Part shown: positions 1 to 10,727 of the stretch, one piece after another
Layout of the letters: every line of letters starts with the position of its first letter
How positions within the stretch are numbered: position 1 is the first letter of the stretch
Origin: an uncultured Spirochaetota bacterium
GTDB lineage: Bacteria > Spirochaetota > Spirochaetia > SZUA-6 > Fen-1364
Length of the DNA stretch: 64,000 nt
Assembly (NCBI GenBank): GCA_963734545.1
Contig: CAVTHO010000005.1
Location: 320,001 to 384,000, forward strand
Direction: 5' to 3'
Program-made: the position numbers and the translations under genes
Notes under the pieces: generated by a model
What the model saw: the letters and a program-made list of their open reading frames with translations, nothing else
Databases searched by the model: none
What the model was told of the DNA's origin: nothing

Positions 1-355
1 CCACCCCGAGCCTCCGGAGAGAAGCATCGATGGCGTCCATGATGTGCTTCCGCGAAAGCCCGCGCGCATTGGGACCCGGTCCCATGGGATTGAACACCTT
101 GGTGGCGATGATGACTTCGTCGCGTTTGGCGAAATCCTTCAATGCGCGGCCCGTGACCTCCTCGCTCATCCCCAGCGAGTATATGTCTGCGGTATCAAAG
201 AAGTTTATGCCCAGCTCGATCGCGCGTTTGAAGAACGGCCGCGCATCCTGTTCGTCAAGGACCCAGTCGCGCCACTTGGACGCGCCGTACGTCATTGTGC
301 CCAGACATATTCGTGAAACCTTAAGCCCTGTTCTGCCGAGCCGTACATACTCCAA
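1..355 (-). CDS. Aldo/keto reductase (N-terminal part, runs off window)
   Basis: Manual minus-strand translation from TTG after GGAGG: MEYVRLGRTGLKVSRICLGTMTYG...GINFFDTADIYSLGMSEEVTG...VVIATKV, typical AKR motifs; not in ORF track. Confidence 0.88.
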   Translation of the reverse strand, partial: MEYVRLGRTGLKVSRICLGTMTYGASKWRDWVLDEQDARPFFKRAIELGINFFDTADIYSLGMSEEVTGRALKDFAKRDEVIIATKVFNPMGPGPNARGLSRKHIMDAIDASLRRLGV

Positions 356-436
356 TTCGTGCCTCCTGGGACACTGCAAAGCTACAAAAATCAGGCGTGT
401 CCGTCGATGCCCGAATCCGCCGGGTACGTCGGCGCC

Positions 437-1435
437 CTATTCCTTCTCGAAGGGGATCCCCAGCGCGGCAGGCGGGGTGACGTTCAGCGCGCGAAGCGCC
501 CGGGCTGCCGCTCGCCGGGCCGGAGCGGGCAATCGGGCCAGTGAGCGCTCCACCCACTCGGCATTTCCGATATTGACCAGGAGGAGCGTCAGGATCATCA
601 GGGGAAATGGCGCCACCTGCAGAACCTGCGACGGAATCCCCGGCAGGGCGGGCTGCAGGACCAGACCCAGCCACTGAAGGAGGGAGAAAAGGTAGGCGCC
701 GAGAGCGACTCGAAAGGGGCTCCATCCACCGAAGATGGTGATCGCCAGAACGATCCAGCCGATGCCATCCAGCCCTGAAATGGTCCCCTTCCATCCCGCT
801 TTCACCGACAAGGAGTAGATCGGGCCCGCCAGTCCCGCAATGCTTCCCCCCAGCACGGTATACAGGTAGCGAAGAAGGTTGACATTCGCTCCCCGCACGT
901 ATGCCGCGGCCGGCCTTTCACCGATGCCGCGCAGCTTGAGACCCGGGCGCGTGCGGAAGATGAATATCCAGGCAACGAGTATCAGGAGAAAGCTGAGGTA
1001 GGTCATGACGTCGTGCCGGAAGAAAAGCGTTCCGACGAAAGGCAGGTCACGCAGCAGAGGCACGGGAATCGTGCTGAGGCGCGGGCCGGTTTCGCCCATG
1101 ATGGGATTGCCGAGGAAGTAGGAGAGATCCCGGCAGAGCAGGGTGAGCACGAACCCGACGGCCACCTGCGACTGTCGGAGGGTGATGCTCGCAAACGCCA
1201 CGACGAGCGCCACGAGACCGCCGATTGCCGCCCCGGCCAGGAAGCCGAGAACGACACTCCGCGTGGCGAGCGCCACGGCAAAGCCGCCCATCGCGCTCAA
1301 CAGTATCGTGCCGTTCATCGACAGGTTGATGATGCCGGCGCGCTCCGAGAAGGTCTCTCCGATGACGCCGAAAAGAAGGGGCGCTGCTGCTGTCAGGACT
1401 CCGGCAAGACCGACAAGAATGAGCTCGCCGTTCAT
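437..1435 (-). CDS. ABC transporter permease (nucleoside/sugar, BPD_transp_2 type)
   Basis: Hydrophobic; GETFSERAGIINLS and RTRPGLKLRGIGERP motifs; operon context. Confidence 0.88.
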   Translation of the reverse strand: MNGELILVGLAGVLTAAAPLLFGVIGETFSERAGIINLSMNGTILLSAMGGFAVALATRSVVLGFLAGAAIGGLVALVVAFASITLRQSQVAVGFVLTLLCRDLSYFLGNPIMGETGPRLSTIPVPLLRDLPFVGTLFFRHDVMTYLSFLLILVAWIFIFRTRPGLKLRGIGERPAAAYVRGANVNLLRYLYTVLGGSIAGLAGPIYSLSVKAGWKGTISGLDGIGWIVLAITIFGGWSPFRVALGAYLFSLLQWLGLVLQPALPGIPSQVLQVAPFPLMILTLLLVNIGNAEWVERSLARLPAPARRAAARALRALNVTPPAALGIPFEKE

Positions 1436-1436
1436 C

Positions 1437-2480
1437 TCATTGCGCCTTTTTCAACAAGCGCTGCCGCGCTCCCTGCGCGAGCAACACGAACAGGACAAGG
1501 GTCCCCTGCAGGACGCCGGCCAGTGAGGAGTCCAGCTTGAGCACAATGGGAAGCTGGATGCTGCCGACATTCAGCGCGGCAAAGAACAGGGCGACAGGAG
1601 CGGCCAGCGATGCCCTGAAGTTGACCAGCATCGCCACCATGAGGCCGAGGTACCCGTAGCCGCTCGAGATCGAGGGAATCAGCCGGTGGTAGACCGACGT
1701 CACCTGCACCGCGCCGGCCAGCCCCGCGAACACGCCGCAGAGAGCGAAAGAAACCATCATGTACTGCCACGTGGGAACGCCGAGAAGAAATGCCGCGCGG
1801 GGGTTTTTTCCGACTGCTTTCAGCCGCAGGCCGAAGTATGTTCCCTGGATGAGGGAGTAGACAACGATGATGGAGAGAATCGCGACAAGAAGGGCGGACG
1901 GGCTCAGCCGGGACTGCGCCGTCAAGGTGGGCAGCCAGAGAGAATGGTCGAACGGCACGGTGCCTGACATGGACGCGACGCCGGGCCGCTTCCACGGCCC
2001 GAAGATCAACCACAGGTTCAAAGCCGTGGCCACGAAGTTCAGTCCCAGCCCTCCGAAGATCTCGTTCACGCCGCCGAATGTCTTCAGCGCTCCGGCAAGC
2101 ATCGCCCAGAGCGCTCCCCCCATGATCCCGGCAAGAAAGCTTGCCGCGATGATCACGGCCGGATTCATCCCGCTCGCCTGAAGAACGCGCAGCGCCCATG
2201 TCGCGAATATTGCCCCCACGGTGATCTGCCCTTCGATGCCGATGTTCCAGAGCCCGACGGTGAATGTGAGAAGCAGGCCGGCCGTGGCCAGGAGCAGGGG
2301 TACCCAGGAGACGAGCACATTCGCGATCACCTCCCAGGAACCCACGGCGCCGAGAACGATGTTCACGTAGGCGGCAAACGGCGGGGCCTTCGAGGCGAGC
2401 AGGACCAGGGTCGTGAGGAGGAGCGCCAGGAGGATGGCGCCGATCTGGATGAGGGCATGAGAGACGCGCGCTTCAGGCAC
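1437..2480 (-). CDS. ABC transporter permease (nucleoside/sugar type)
   Basis: GLWNIGIEGQ, GLRLKAVGKNPRAA, GYGYLGLMVAML motifs; GTG start inferred. Confidence 0.88.
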   Translation of the reverse strand: MPEARVSHALIQIGAILLALLLTTLVLLASKAPPFAAYVNIVLGAVGSWEVIANVLVSWVPLLLATAGLLLTFTVGLWNIGIEGQITVGAIFATWALRVLQASGMNPAVIIAASFLAGIMGGALWAMLAGALKTFGGVNEIFGGLGLNFVATALNLWLIFGPWKRPGVASMSGTVPFDHSLWLPTLTAQSRLSPSALLVAILSIIVVYSLIQGTYFGLRLKAVGKNPRAAFLLGVPTWQYMMVSFALCGVFAGLAGAVQVTSVYHRLIPSISSGYGYLGLMVAMLVNFRASLAAPVALFFAALNVGSIQLPIVLKLDSSLAGVLQGTLVLFVLLAQGARQRLLKKAQ

Positions 2481-3966
2481 CGGCCGCCTCTTTTCCGAGG
2501 TTTTCCCAGCCTTTTCCACCGATGAGCTCGCCGAGACTTTCCACGGACAGGCTCTCCGCCGGCAGGGGCGGGGAGACATGTCCGGCAAAGAATACGATCA
2601 CCCGATCGCTGTACTGCAGGACCTCGTCGAGATCGGCGGAGATGAAGAGGATCGCGGCACCCTGCGCGCAGCGTTCCCTGAGCTTGCCCCAGATGTAGAT
2701 CGTGGATTCGATGTCCAGGCCGCGGGTCGGGTGCTCCAGAAGTATGAGGGAAAGGGGATCGCGCAGCAGGGCAAGCAGCATGCGCTGCTGGTTGCCGCCG
2801 GAGAGGGATTCCACCGTGTGGGAGGGCGCGCCCTTGATGTTGAATGAGCGGATACGGTCCTCTGCCAGCTCCGCGGCCCTGCGCCGGTCTATGAAAAGGC
2901 CGCGAATGCCTTCGGACAGCATGAAGTGATCGCTCAAGCTCAGGCTGGGAACCAGCCCCTGCTCCAGACGGGCAGCCGGCAGGTAGGCCACGCCCTGTCT
3001 CTTGAAATAGTGGTGTGACCGGCCGGTCGCTTCGCGCCCGGCAAGGGAAATGCACCCGGACACGGGACGGCTCAAGCCGGCGCACGCGGACAAGAGGATC
3101 GATTGACCTGAACCTTCCATGCCCGCCAGACCGATGATTTCTCCGCTGCGGGCCTGGAGCGTCACATCCTTGATCTGCAGGCGCGCCCCTTCGAGGGACA
3201 ACCCGGTCACAGAAAGAACGGCGGCGCCCGGCGCGGTCGAGGGCCGCGCCGAAAACGCGATCTCCCTGCCGAACATCATCTGCACGAGCCTTTTCGTCAC
3301 GTAGGGGGGTTCGGAAATGCCGGTCAACGAGCCCTGGCGCAGCACGGCAACCCGGCTGCAGAGGAACTCGATGTCCTCCAGCTTGTGGGAAACGAAGATG
3401 ATCGTCATTCCCTGCGACGCGAGCTTTTTCAGCGTCGCAAAGAGCTTCTCCTTCTGCGGCTGGCTGATGCCGGTCGTCGGCTCATCCAGGATCAGGACAC
3501 GGGCCCCGCACCAGAGCAGCCGGAGGATCTCGAGCTGTTGACGCTCGCCCACGGTCAGCGTGTCGACGTAGGCGTCGGGGGAAAGTCCGAACTCGAACTG
3601 GGCCGCCAGATCGAGAAACTGGCGCGCCGCCGTCCGCCGATCCGGGAACAGCCCCCCCTTGCGGCCGAGGATGAAATTGTCCAGCAGCTTCATCGGAGGA
3701 AAGTCCAGCGGATCCTGATGCAGCATTCCGATGCCCAGGCTGATCGCGTCCGCCGGTGAATGAATCACGACAGGTGCGCCATCGAGAGCGATAGTGCCGC
3801 TGTCGGGAAGGATGAAACCGGAAAGAACCTTCATGAGAGTGCTCTTACCGGCCCCGTTTTCACCCAGGATTCCCTGGATCGTGGCCGGGGGGATGGTCAT
3901 GGTTATACCCGCATTGGCATGAACCGGGCCGAAGGACTTGTGGATACTTCGCAGCTCGACTTGCAT
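2473..3966 (-). CDS. ABC transporter ATP-binding protein, tandem-domain CUT2 type
   Basis: Walker A GENGAGKST, ILDEPT, LSGGNQQ. Confidence 0.92.
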   Translation of the reverse strand: MQVELRSIHKSFGPVHANAGITMTIPPATIQGILGENGAGKSTLMKVLSGFILPDSGTIALDGAPVVIHSPADAISLGIGMLHQDPLDFPPMKLLDNFILGRKGGLFPDRRTAARQFLDLAAQFEFGLSPDAYVDTLTVGERQQLEILRLLWCGARVLILDEPTTGISQPQKEKLFATLKKLASQGMTIIFVSHKLEDIEFLCSRVAVLRQGSLTGISEPPYVTKRLVQMMFGREIAFSARPSTAPGAAVLSVTGLSLEGARLQIKDVTLQARSGEIIGLAGMEGSGQSILLSACAGLSRPVSGCISLAGREATGRSHHYFKRQGVAYLPAARLEQGLVPSLSLSDHFMLSEGIRGLFIDRRRAAELAEDRIRSFNIKGAPSHTVESLSGGNQQRMLLALLRDPLSLILLEHPTRGLDIESTIYIWGKLRERCAQGAAILFISADLDEVLQYSDRVIVFFAGHVSPPLPAESLSVESLGELIGGKGWENLGKEAAGA

Positions 3967-3982
3967 GATGGGTTCTATAACG

Positions 3983-4010
3983 GAGGGGCGAGACCGAAGC
4001 CTCGCCCCTC
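3983..4010 (-). terminator. Stem-loop between BMP and ATPase genes
   Basis: GAGGGGCGAG...CTCGCCCCTC inverted repeat downstream of BMP stop. Confidence 0.5.
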
Positions 4011-4032
4011 AAAGTTGATACGGAGTCTGAAA

Positions 4033-5235
4033 CTACTTGGAGACGCTCTGTCCCACCATGCCCTCGAGGAGCTGGGGCAGGTACCAGATCTGCTGATCCG
4101 TTGCCGTCTGGCCGTTTTTCAGGTACGCGGTGCCGTCCTGCAGGTTCAGCGGGCCCTTCCAGAGGTTCAGGCCCCTGGCGAGCTCGGCGGTGAACTTGTC
4201 CACCGCGGCCGCGGCCGGCCGGGACAACGCGGCGCCCTTGTTGAAACCGACGGCCGACGTGTCGGCGCTGTTGATGTTCGACCAATCCGGGCCGTTCCAT
4301 TCAAAGTGGGAGCGATAGGTGCCTGTCATGGCAGCCTTGACGGTCTTGGCATACGCGGGGCCCCAGTTGAAGTAGGGCACGCCCAGGGCCACGCCGGGGC
4401 CTTCGTCGATTGCGTTGGCGTAGTCGTACGGAATCGCCCATACCTTCTTGCCCTGCCCGGCAAGCTTGACGGCCTCGGTTGTGGCTTCGGTTGTGTCGAT
4501 ACCGGAGACCACCACGTCGTAGCCGCTATTGAAGAAGTCATCCGCGACCTGCGACGGGTCGGACGTCACGCCGGGAATGTTGAACCAGAACCCGATCCAG
4601 GTGACTTTGAAGCTCAGCTTCGACGCGTCTTTCTTCAGGTAGTTCACCCAGGCGTAGCGCGCTCCCAGGTACACCGAGGAAGCGAGGCGCCGGGTCTCCG
4701 CATTGATGAGCGGCCCCAGGTAGCCGATCTTGCCGGTCTGGGTCGTCATGGCGGCGGCCACGCCCGCGATCATCTTGGTAAACTCCATCCTCCCCATGAT
4801 ATTGACCATGTTGGGAAGGGCCTGGTAGTCCTTGCCGTCCTTCCACACCTGGCTGCCCGAGCTCATGATGACGAATATGTCCCCGTGAGCCTGGGCGAAC
4901 TTCACCGCTTCGTCGCTCATGTCGTCAGAGCTGAAGATGACGAGCTTCGCGCCTTTGGCCACGAGGCTCTCGGCAAGCTGTGAAGCGGTCGTGCCCGGGC
5001 GGTCCGCGGGATTGACCTTGTCCAGGTAGATCATCTGCGTACCGGGGACCTTGGCCACGACGTACTGGATCCCGTCATAGTGGGCCTGACTCCAGCCGTG
5101 GTCATTGTAGGGACCGACGAGCAGGAGGCCGATGGTGAGGCTGCTGCCCGCAGCCGGTGGCGCGCTTTGCCCGTAGGCTGTCGCGGCAACGGCAATGGCT
5201 GCCAACAGCAGGAAGAGCCTGCAAAACTTACGCAT
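4033..5235 (-). CDS. BMP-family ABC substrate-binding protein
   Basis: Signal peptide MRKFCRLFLLLAAIAVA; VGPYNDHGWSQAH, TQTGKIGYLG, VTWIGFWF, YFNWGP. Confidence 0.88.
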   Translation of the reverse strand: MRKFCRLFLLLAAIAVAATAYGQSAPPAAGSSLTIGLLLVGPYNDHGWSQAHYDGIQYVVAKVPGTQMIYLDKVNPADRPGTTASQLAESLVAKGAKLVIFSSDDMSDEAVKFAQAHGDIFVIMSSGSQVWKDGKDYQALPNMVNIMGRMEFTKMIAGVAAAMTTQTGKIGYLGPLINAETRRLASSVYLGARYAWVNYLKKDASKLSFKVTWIGFWFNIPGVTSDPSQVADDFFNSGYDVVVSGIDTTEATTEAVKLAGQGKKVWAIPYDYANAIDEGPGVALGVPYFNWGPAYAKTVKAAMTGTYRSHFEWNGPDWSNINSADTSAVGFNKGAALSRPAAAAVDKFTAELARGLNLWKGPLNLQDGTAYLKNGQTATDQQIWYLPQLLEGMVGQSVSK

Positions 5236-5353
5236 TTTCCTTCTCCTTTGCCGGGTCGTGCTCTCTATGAAGCACGGCATATGTATGGGATCGAACGAGA
5301 GTATACAATACGGGTACAGGCCCCCGCAAGCTCGCTGCCGGGACAGGAACCTC

Positions 5354-6628
5354 CTAGGGACGGACCCTCTTCCTGTCACGCGGGAAGAGCGTGGCCTCCT
5401 TGACGCTTGCCAGGCCCAGGATCTTCTGCGTCAGCCGCTCCATTCCGATGGCAAAGCCCCCATGCGGCGGACAACCGTACTTGAATATGGAGAGGTAGTC
5501 GGAGAGTCCGACCGGATCCAGCCCGAACGCTTTTGCGCTTTCCACGAGCATCTCGTATTGGTTGATCCGCATGCCCCCGGACGTGACCTCCAGGCCGCGA
5601 AAGAGCAGGTCGAATGCGCGGGTCTTGTTGTTCTCCGCCGGGTATGTATAGAAAGGCCGGGACTTGCGCGGATAGGCGTACACAAAGGCCGCCTCGATTC
5701 CTTTTTCTTTCAGGGCCCATTCGCAGAGAGAGCGTTCGGCCTCTGGCGTTATCTCATAGACCTTTTTTCCCATCTCCCGGGAGACGATCTCACGAGCCTC
5801 GTCATGGGAGACACGCGGGATTGCGGCGCACAGCGCGGGATCCGGAACCGCGGCATGCCATGCATCCAGGTCCCGCTGGTTTGATTCCCTGATGCCGCGG
5901 AAAATGGCGGCAAGGATCCTGGTTTCAAGGTCCATGAGCTCCTGCTCGCTCTCGATGAAAGCCATTTCCACGTCCAGGGAAACGAACTCGTTGATGTGCC
6001 GCGGTGTGTCGTGCTTTTCCGCCCTGTAGGCAGGACCGATTTCGAATACGCGCTCCATGCCCGAAGCGATCATGACCTGCTTGTACAGCTGCGGCGACTG
6101 CGTCAGGTAGACCTTCGTATCGAAGTATTCCACTGAAAACAGGCCCGTGCCCCCTTCGGTACCCGTTCCTATCAGCTTGGAGGTCTTTATCTCGCTGAAC
6201 CCCTCGCTGCGCAGGTGCGCGGCGAAGCAGCGCAGCAGGGTCGACTGGATCCGGAAGATCGAAAGGATGGCCGGGTTGCGCACCGAGATCATCCTGTTGT
6301 CCAGAATGGCCTCGAGGTTCGTCTTGCCGGGGTCCTGGTTCACGGGAAAGGGAAGGTCGGCGGCGGCAGCGGAGATGACCTCCAGTGTCCTCACCCGAAC
6401 CTCGAAGCCACCGGGGGCTTTCTCATTGGCCGCGGCGCTGCCCTCGACACGGATGACCGACTCGAGGGTCACTTCGGGCCGGGCGTCGAACACCAGTTGT
6501 GCGCTCCCGCTTCGATCACGCAGCAGCACGAACGATACCCCGCCCAGGTCCCTGATCCTGTGCACCCACCCGTACAGGGTGACTTCCGCGCCGACCTTTG
6601 AGGCGAGCTCAGAGACAAGCGTCCGCAT
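5354..6628 (-). CDS. aspS: Non-discriminating aspartyl-tRNA synthetase (short, archaeal/AspRS2 type)
   Basis: GWVHRIRDLGG, YLTQSPQLYKQ, YRAEKHDTPRHINEF, GCPPHGGFAIGMERL; no GAD insertion; gatCAB operon. Confidence 0.92.
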   Translation of the reverse strand: MRTLVSELASKVGAEVTLYGWVHRIRDLGGVSFVLLRDRSGSAQLVFDARPEVTLESVIRVEGSAAANEKAPGGFEVRVRTLEVISAAAADLPFPVNQDPGKTNLEAILDNRMISVRNPAILSIFRIQSTLLRCFAAHLRSEGFSEIKTSKLIGTGTEGGTGLFSVEYFDTKVYLTQSPQLYKQVMIASGMERVFEIGPAYRAEKHDTPRHINEFVSLDVEMAFIESEQELMDLETRILAAIFRGIRESNQRDLDAWHAAVPDPALCAAIPRVSHDEAREIVSREMGKKVYEITPEAERSLCEWALKEKGIEAAFVYAYPRKSRPFYTYPAENNKTRAFDLLFRGLEVTSGGMRINQYEMLVESAKAFGLDPVGLSDYLSIFKYGCPPHGGFAIGMERLTQKILGLASVKEATLFPRDRKRVRP

Positions 6629-9022
6629 TGCCCACCTCCATTCCTGCAAGCAGCTCTTCCTCGGTCTCGGAAAATGCAGAGCACATCACGAGCCGGGTCC
6701 AGGCGGACTCGGTCGTGAGCGAGCCCATCGGGATTGCCCCCTCGCGCCACAACTCGTGGGAGGTCACATAGCGGGAGAAATCGACGATTCCTTCCTGCTG
6801 GGACGTGCAGAAAAAGTGAACCCCCTTCTCCCGGGCGGCGAGGAGCGCCTTGCGCAGCGAATAGGGGGAATCGCGAAGATTGGCGGTCCCTGTGTCATAG
6901 AGCTCCAGCACGAAGTTCTTCACTCCCCGGTCCATGAGCTCGATGAGATGGTCGCCCCGCATTCCCGGGTAGACGCGCAGCATCAACGTGGAGTTGATGG
7001 CCGTCTCGAAACGGGCCTTCAGCTTCTCCCTGTCACCGGAGAGGGGCAGATCGTCGAACAGCGGTGTGCCGGCGTGGCAGGGCTTGGTCATGTTCCAATT
7101 CCTGAATCCGTCGGCCGCCATGCGCTCGAACTTGAGATTGACCGGGGAAAGAACCTTTCCGCCGAAAACCACGTACACGCCCGGCTCCCTCTCCGCGGCG
7201 GTGCGAATAGCCATGCGCAGCGTCGCAATGGCGTCGCTGCCCGGCTTCCCGCCGGCTGGAGGGAGGCGGCAAGAACGATCGGGACCAGCGGGCGGGGGAA
7301 GAGCCAGAACACGAGTGATGCGGTGTATGCCAGGGTGTCGGTTCCATGGGTCACTACGATTCCCGATGCCCTTCCCCCGCGGAGGCGCTCGTCGATTCCC
7401 GCGGCCAGGCGGGCCCAGTCTTCCGGCGTGATCTCCTCGCTCAGGATCCTTCCGACCTCTCCCTCCTCGAAAGCGATCGTGCGGCTGAATCCGCCCTCCG
7501 CCTCCACGAGGCGCATGATCTCGGAAGGATCGCCCGCCACCACGTCGCCCTGCTCGGTTTCCCTGGCCGCGATGGCGCCGCCGAGAGAGAGGATCTGGAT
7601 GACGGAAACAGCGAGTTTCTGCTTCACGAGCGCCTGGACAAGGGCCGGATCGGCCCTGCCGGAAGTCTCGCGCATCATCTCACCGATCAGGTACGTCGTG
7701 GGCCGATGATCGCCCGCCTTGATGGCGGCAACGGCCGCCGTGTTGGCCTGCAGGACCTTCTCGAGGTATGCGCCCAGCTCCGCCGGGTCAGTGATCTGCT
7801 CCCAGCCTTTTTCCTTGATGATCGTGCGAGGGTCCTTGTTCTCCGCAAAGACCATCTCCAGAACGGACTTGGCAATCTTTCCGTGTATGCGCTTTGCCGC
7901 GAGGAGAGAGAGCAGCTCGGCGAACCTGCCCGGCGTCAGCGGGCTCGCCGCCAGCGTCACGGAAGCGCGATTGAGATGCTTCTTCACGTCGGAGGCCAGC
8001 CAGAGAGCGGCGCTCTTCGCGTCCGCGCCGAGACGCACGGTTTCCTCGAAATAGTCGGCTGTGGACTTCTCGTCGCAAAGGAAGTCCGCCTGCTCTTCGC
8101 TCAGGCCGAAGGAATCGATGAACCTGCGCGTGCGGGCCTCGGGAAGCTCCACCAGGGATTCCTCGACGTGACGGAGGAACTCCTGGTCCGGCGCAAAGGG
8201 AGGCAGGTCAGGCTCGGGAAAATAGCGGTAGTCCGAAGAGCTCTCCTTGGTGCGCATGCTCTCGGTGACGTCCCGGTTCTCGTTCCACAGCCGCGTTTCG
8301 GTGGTCACGCTGCCGCCCCGTTCGAGGATCTCGGTCTGGCGTTCGATCTCGTACGAGATGGCCTTGCGCACGAATTTGAACGAGTTGAGGTTCTTGACCT
8401 CGACCTTGCTCCCCAGGCCGCGGCCCTCGAGGTTCACGGAGACATTGGCGTCACAGCGCAGCGAGCCTTCCTCCATGTTTCCGTCGCACACCCCCAGGTA
8501 CCGCACCAGCCGGCGCAGGTGCTGAAGAAATACCTCTGCCTCTTCGCCGACCTCCAGGTCCGGCTGCGTGACGATTTCAAGGAGCGGCGTGCCCGCCCTG
8601 TTGAAATCGAGCAGCGTGATCTCACCTGCGTGGATCATCTTCCCCGCGTCCTCCTCGAGATGGACCTCGCGGATGCGGACGCGCTTCTTCCGCTTGCGCA
8701 GCTCGATCTCCACCCAGCCGTCGGTGCCCAGAGGCGAGCGGAATTGCGAGATCTGGTAGTTCTTGGGAAGATCGGGATAGAAGTAGTTCTTTCGCTCGAA
8801 CATGGTGGACGCACTGAGCGTGCAGTTCAGCGCCCGCGCCACGAGATACCCCATGCCGATGGCGTTCGCGTTCAGCGCGGGGAGCACCCCGGGGTAGCCC
8901 AGGCAGACGGGGCACACATTGCTGTTGGGCTCGTCACCGAAAGCCGCCTTGCACCCGCAGAAGACCTTGGTGCGTGTCAGAAGCTGCGTATGGACCTCGA
9001 GGCCGAGGAACGATGCGTACAC
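6609..9022 (-). CDS. gatB: GatB fused to C-terminal L-asparaginase/GatD-like domain (one frameshift near 7249)
   Basis: GLEVHTQL, RKNYFYPDLPKNYQISQ, EGSLRCDANVS, YRYFPEPDL, then in frame HGTDTLAYTAS; continues in 6609..7214 frame (VYVVFGG, CTSQQEG). Confidence 0.88.
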
Positions 9023-9024
9023 CG

Positions 9025-10408
9025 CTACCTCCAGTCCGCCGGGAACCCAGGCGCATCTGGCGAGGGGAACACTTTTTCGAGTTTGCGGCACGCGGCGAAC
9101 AGGCGGCCTTCGGCAAAGGCAGGCGCGAGGAACTGCATGCCGATGGGGAGCCCGTTTTCGAGGCCCGCGGGAAATGAAAGCGCGGGAAGCCCGGCAAGAT
9201 TCGCCGCGCAGGTGAATATGTCGGCGAGCTTCTGCGAGAACGGGTCGGCCTCGGCGCTCCCGCGCGTGAAGGGGGGCACCGGATAGACGGGCATCAACAC
9301 GAGGTCGACACCGGCGAATGCCTTCTCGAAGTCGCCCCTGATAGCGGTGCGGATCTTCTGGGCGCGCAGGTAGTATTCCTCCTGGAAGCCCGAACGCAGG
9401 ACATAGGTGCCGAGCAGAATGCGGAGCTTCACCTCGTCCCCGAAGCCCTCTGTCCGTGAAGCGATGCTCATGGCCTCGGGGTTGTCGGCGCGCGCCGTGC
9501 GGTGGCCGTACCGCACGCCGTCGAACCGCGCCAGGTTGGCGCTCGCCTCGGCCGTAGCGATGACGTAGTAGGAGGAAACCACGTGATCCAGAGTCGGGAA
9601 CGACACTTCTTCGAGGTCGTGCCCGAGGTCCCTGAGCATACCTCGGGTACGCGCAAAGGTCTTTTTCACGTCAGGGTGCAGGGGGACGTCGGCTACTTCA
9701 CGCGGCACACCGATACGCAGGCGGCCGGTCTTCTCTGCGGCCGGTTGCCACGGCAGGGAAGAATGATCCATGGGATCCTGTCCGCGCATGATCTCAAAGA
9801 CCGCCTCCGTCATGTCGACGGTCTTGGCCATCACGCCGATCACCTCGAGGGAGGACGCGTAGGCCACCAGACCGAACCGCGAGACAGATCCCCAGGTCGG
9901 TTTCAGCCCGTAGACGCCGCAGAAGGAGGCTGGCTGGCGTACCGATCCACCGGTATCGCTCCCGAGGCCGAATGCCACCATGCCGCCGGCAACCGCTGCC
10001 GCAGTGCCTCCACTGGACCCGCCGGGAACGCGCGTGGGGTCCCAGGGATTCCTTGTTTCCATCAAAGCCGAATTCTCGGTCGAGGAGCCCATGCCGAACT
10101 CGTCCAGGTTTGTCTTGCCCGCTACGACGGCACCTGCCTGCTGGAGCCGCCGTACCGCCGTGGCGGTGTAGGGGGAGACGAAATCTTTGAGCATGCGGGA
10201 AGCCGCACGTGAGGCGGAAGGAGCGGACGGCAATGTTGTCCTTTACGGCGAATGGAACGCCCGCGAGGGGTCCATTCGGCGACGTTTCGACCGCGCCGAG
10301 CGCGGGGTCGATCTGAAGAAAACAGCCGAGGTCTCTCTGGCGGGCGTTGGCAAAGGCCATCCACCTTTCCCGGGGCCCTTCGGATGTCGCTGTGCCATGC
10401 CAGTCCAT
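9025..10408 (-). CDS. gatA: Amidotransferase subunit A (frameshift near 10200)
   Basis: GVPFAVKDNI, GKTNLDEFGMGSSTENS, PGGSSGG, GSDTGGSVRQPA split over two frames. Confidence 0.9.
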
Positions 10409-10448
10409 TGCACCTCCGCCCGTCTGAAGGGCGATTTCTCGAGTTTTC

Positions 10449-10727
10449 CTACAGTACGTTCGGGATGACGATGAAGCGCTCTTCGCGTTCGGGAGCGTTC
10501 CCGAGGAGCGTATCCGAGTTCGAGGGATCGATGCCCACATCCTGACGGAGCCTGTTTTCCCTCAGCAGGGCGTGCGTGGTAGGCGCCAGGCCCGCCACAT
10601 CGATCTCCTTCATGTGTGAGAAGTACGCCAGCATCTGCTCCACGGCCACGCGCAGCCGCTCCCGCTCCTCCTCGGAAAGGTTCAGGCGGGCCATGCGGGC
10701 TGTCTCGGTGAGCTCACCAGCGTCCAT
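10449..10727 (-). CDS. gatC: Amidotransferase subunit C
   Basis: TARMARLNLSEEE...LRQD...NAPEREERFIVIPNVL. Confidence 0.9.
   Translation of the reverse strand: MDAGELTETARMARLNLSEEERERLRVAVEQMLAYFSHMKEIDVAGLAPTTHALLRENRLRQDVGIDPSNSDTLLGNAPEREERFIVIPNVL

Noticed and set aside
6609-7260. Programmed frameshift or separate asparaginase gene
   Set aside because: The break falls mid-domain at a short homopolymer with no slippery heptamer, and similar indels occur throughout the window.
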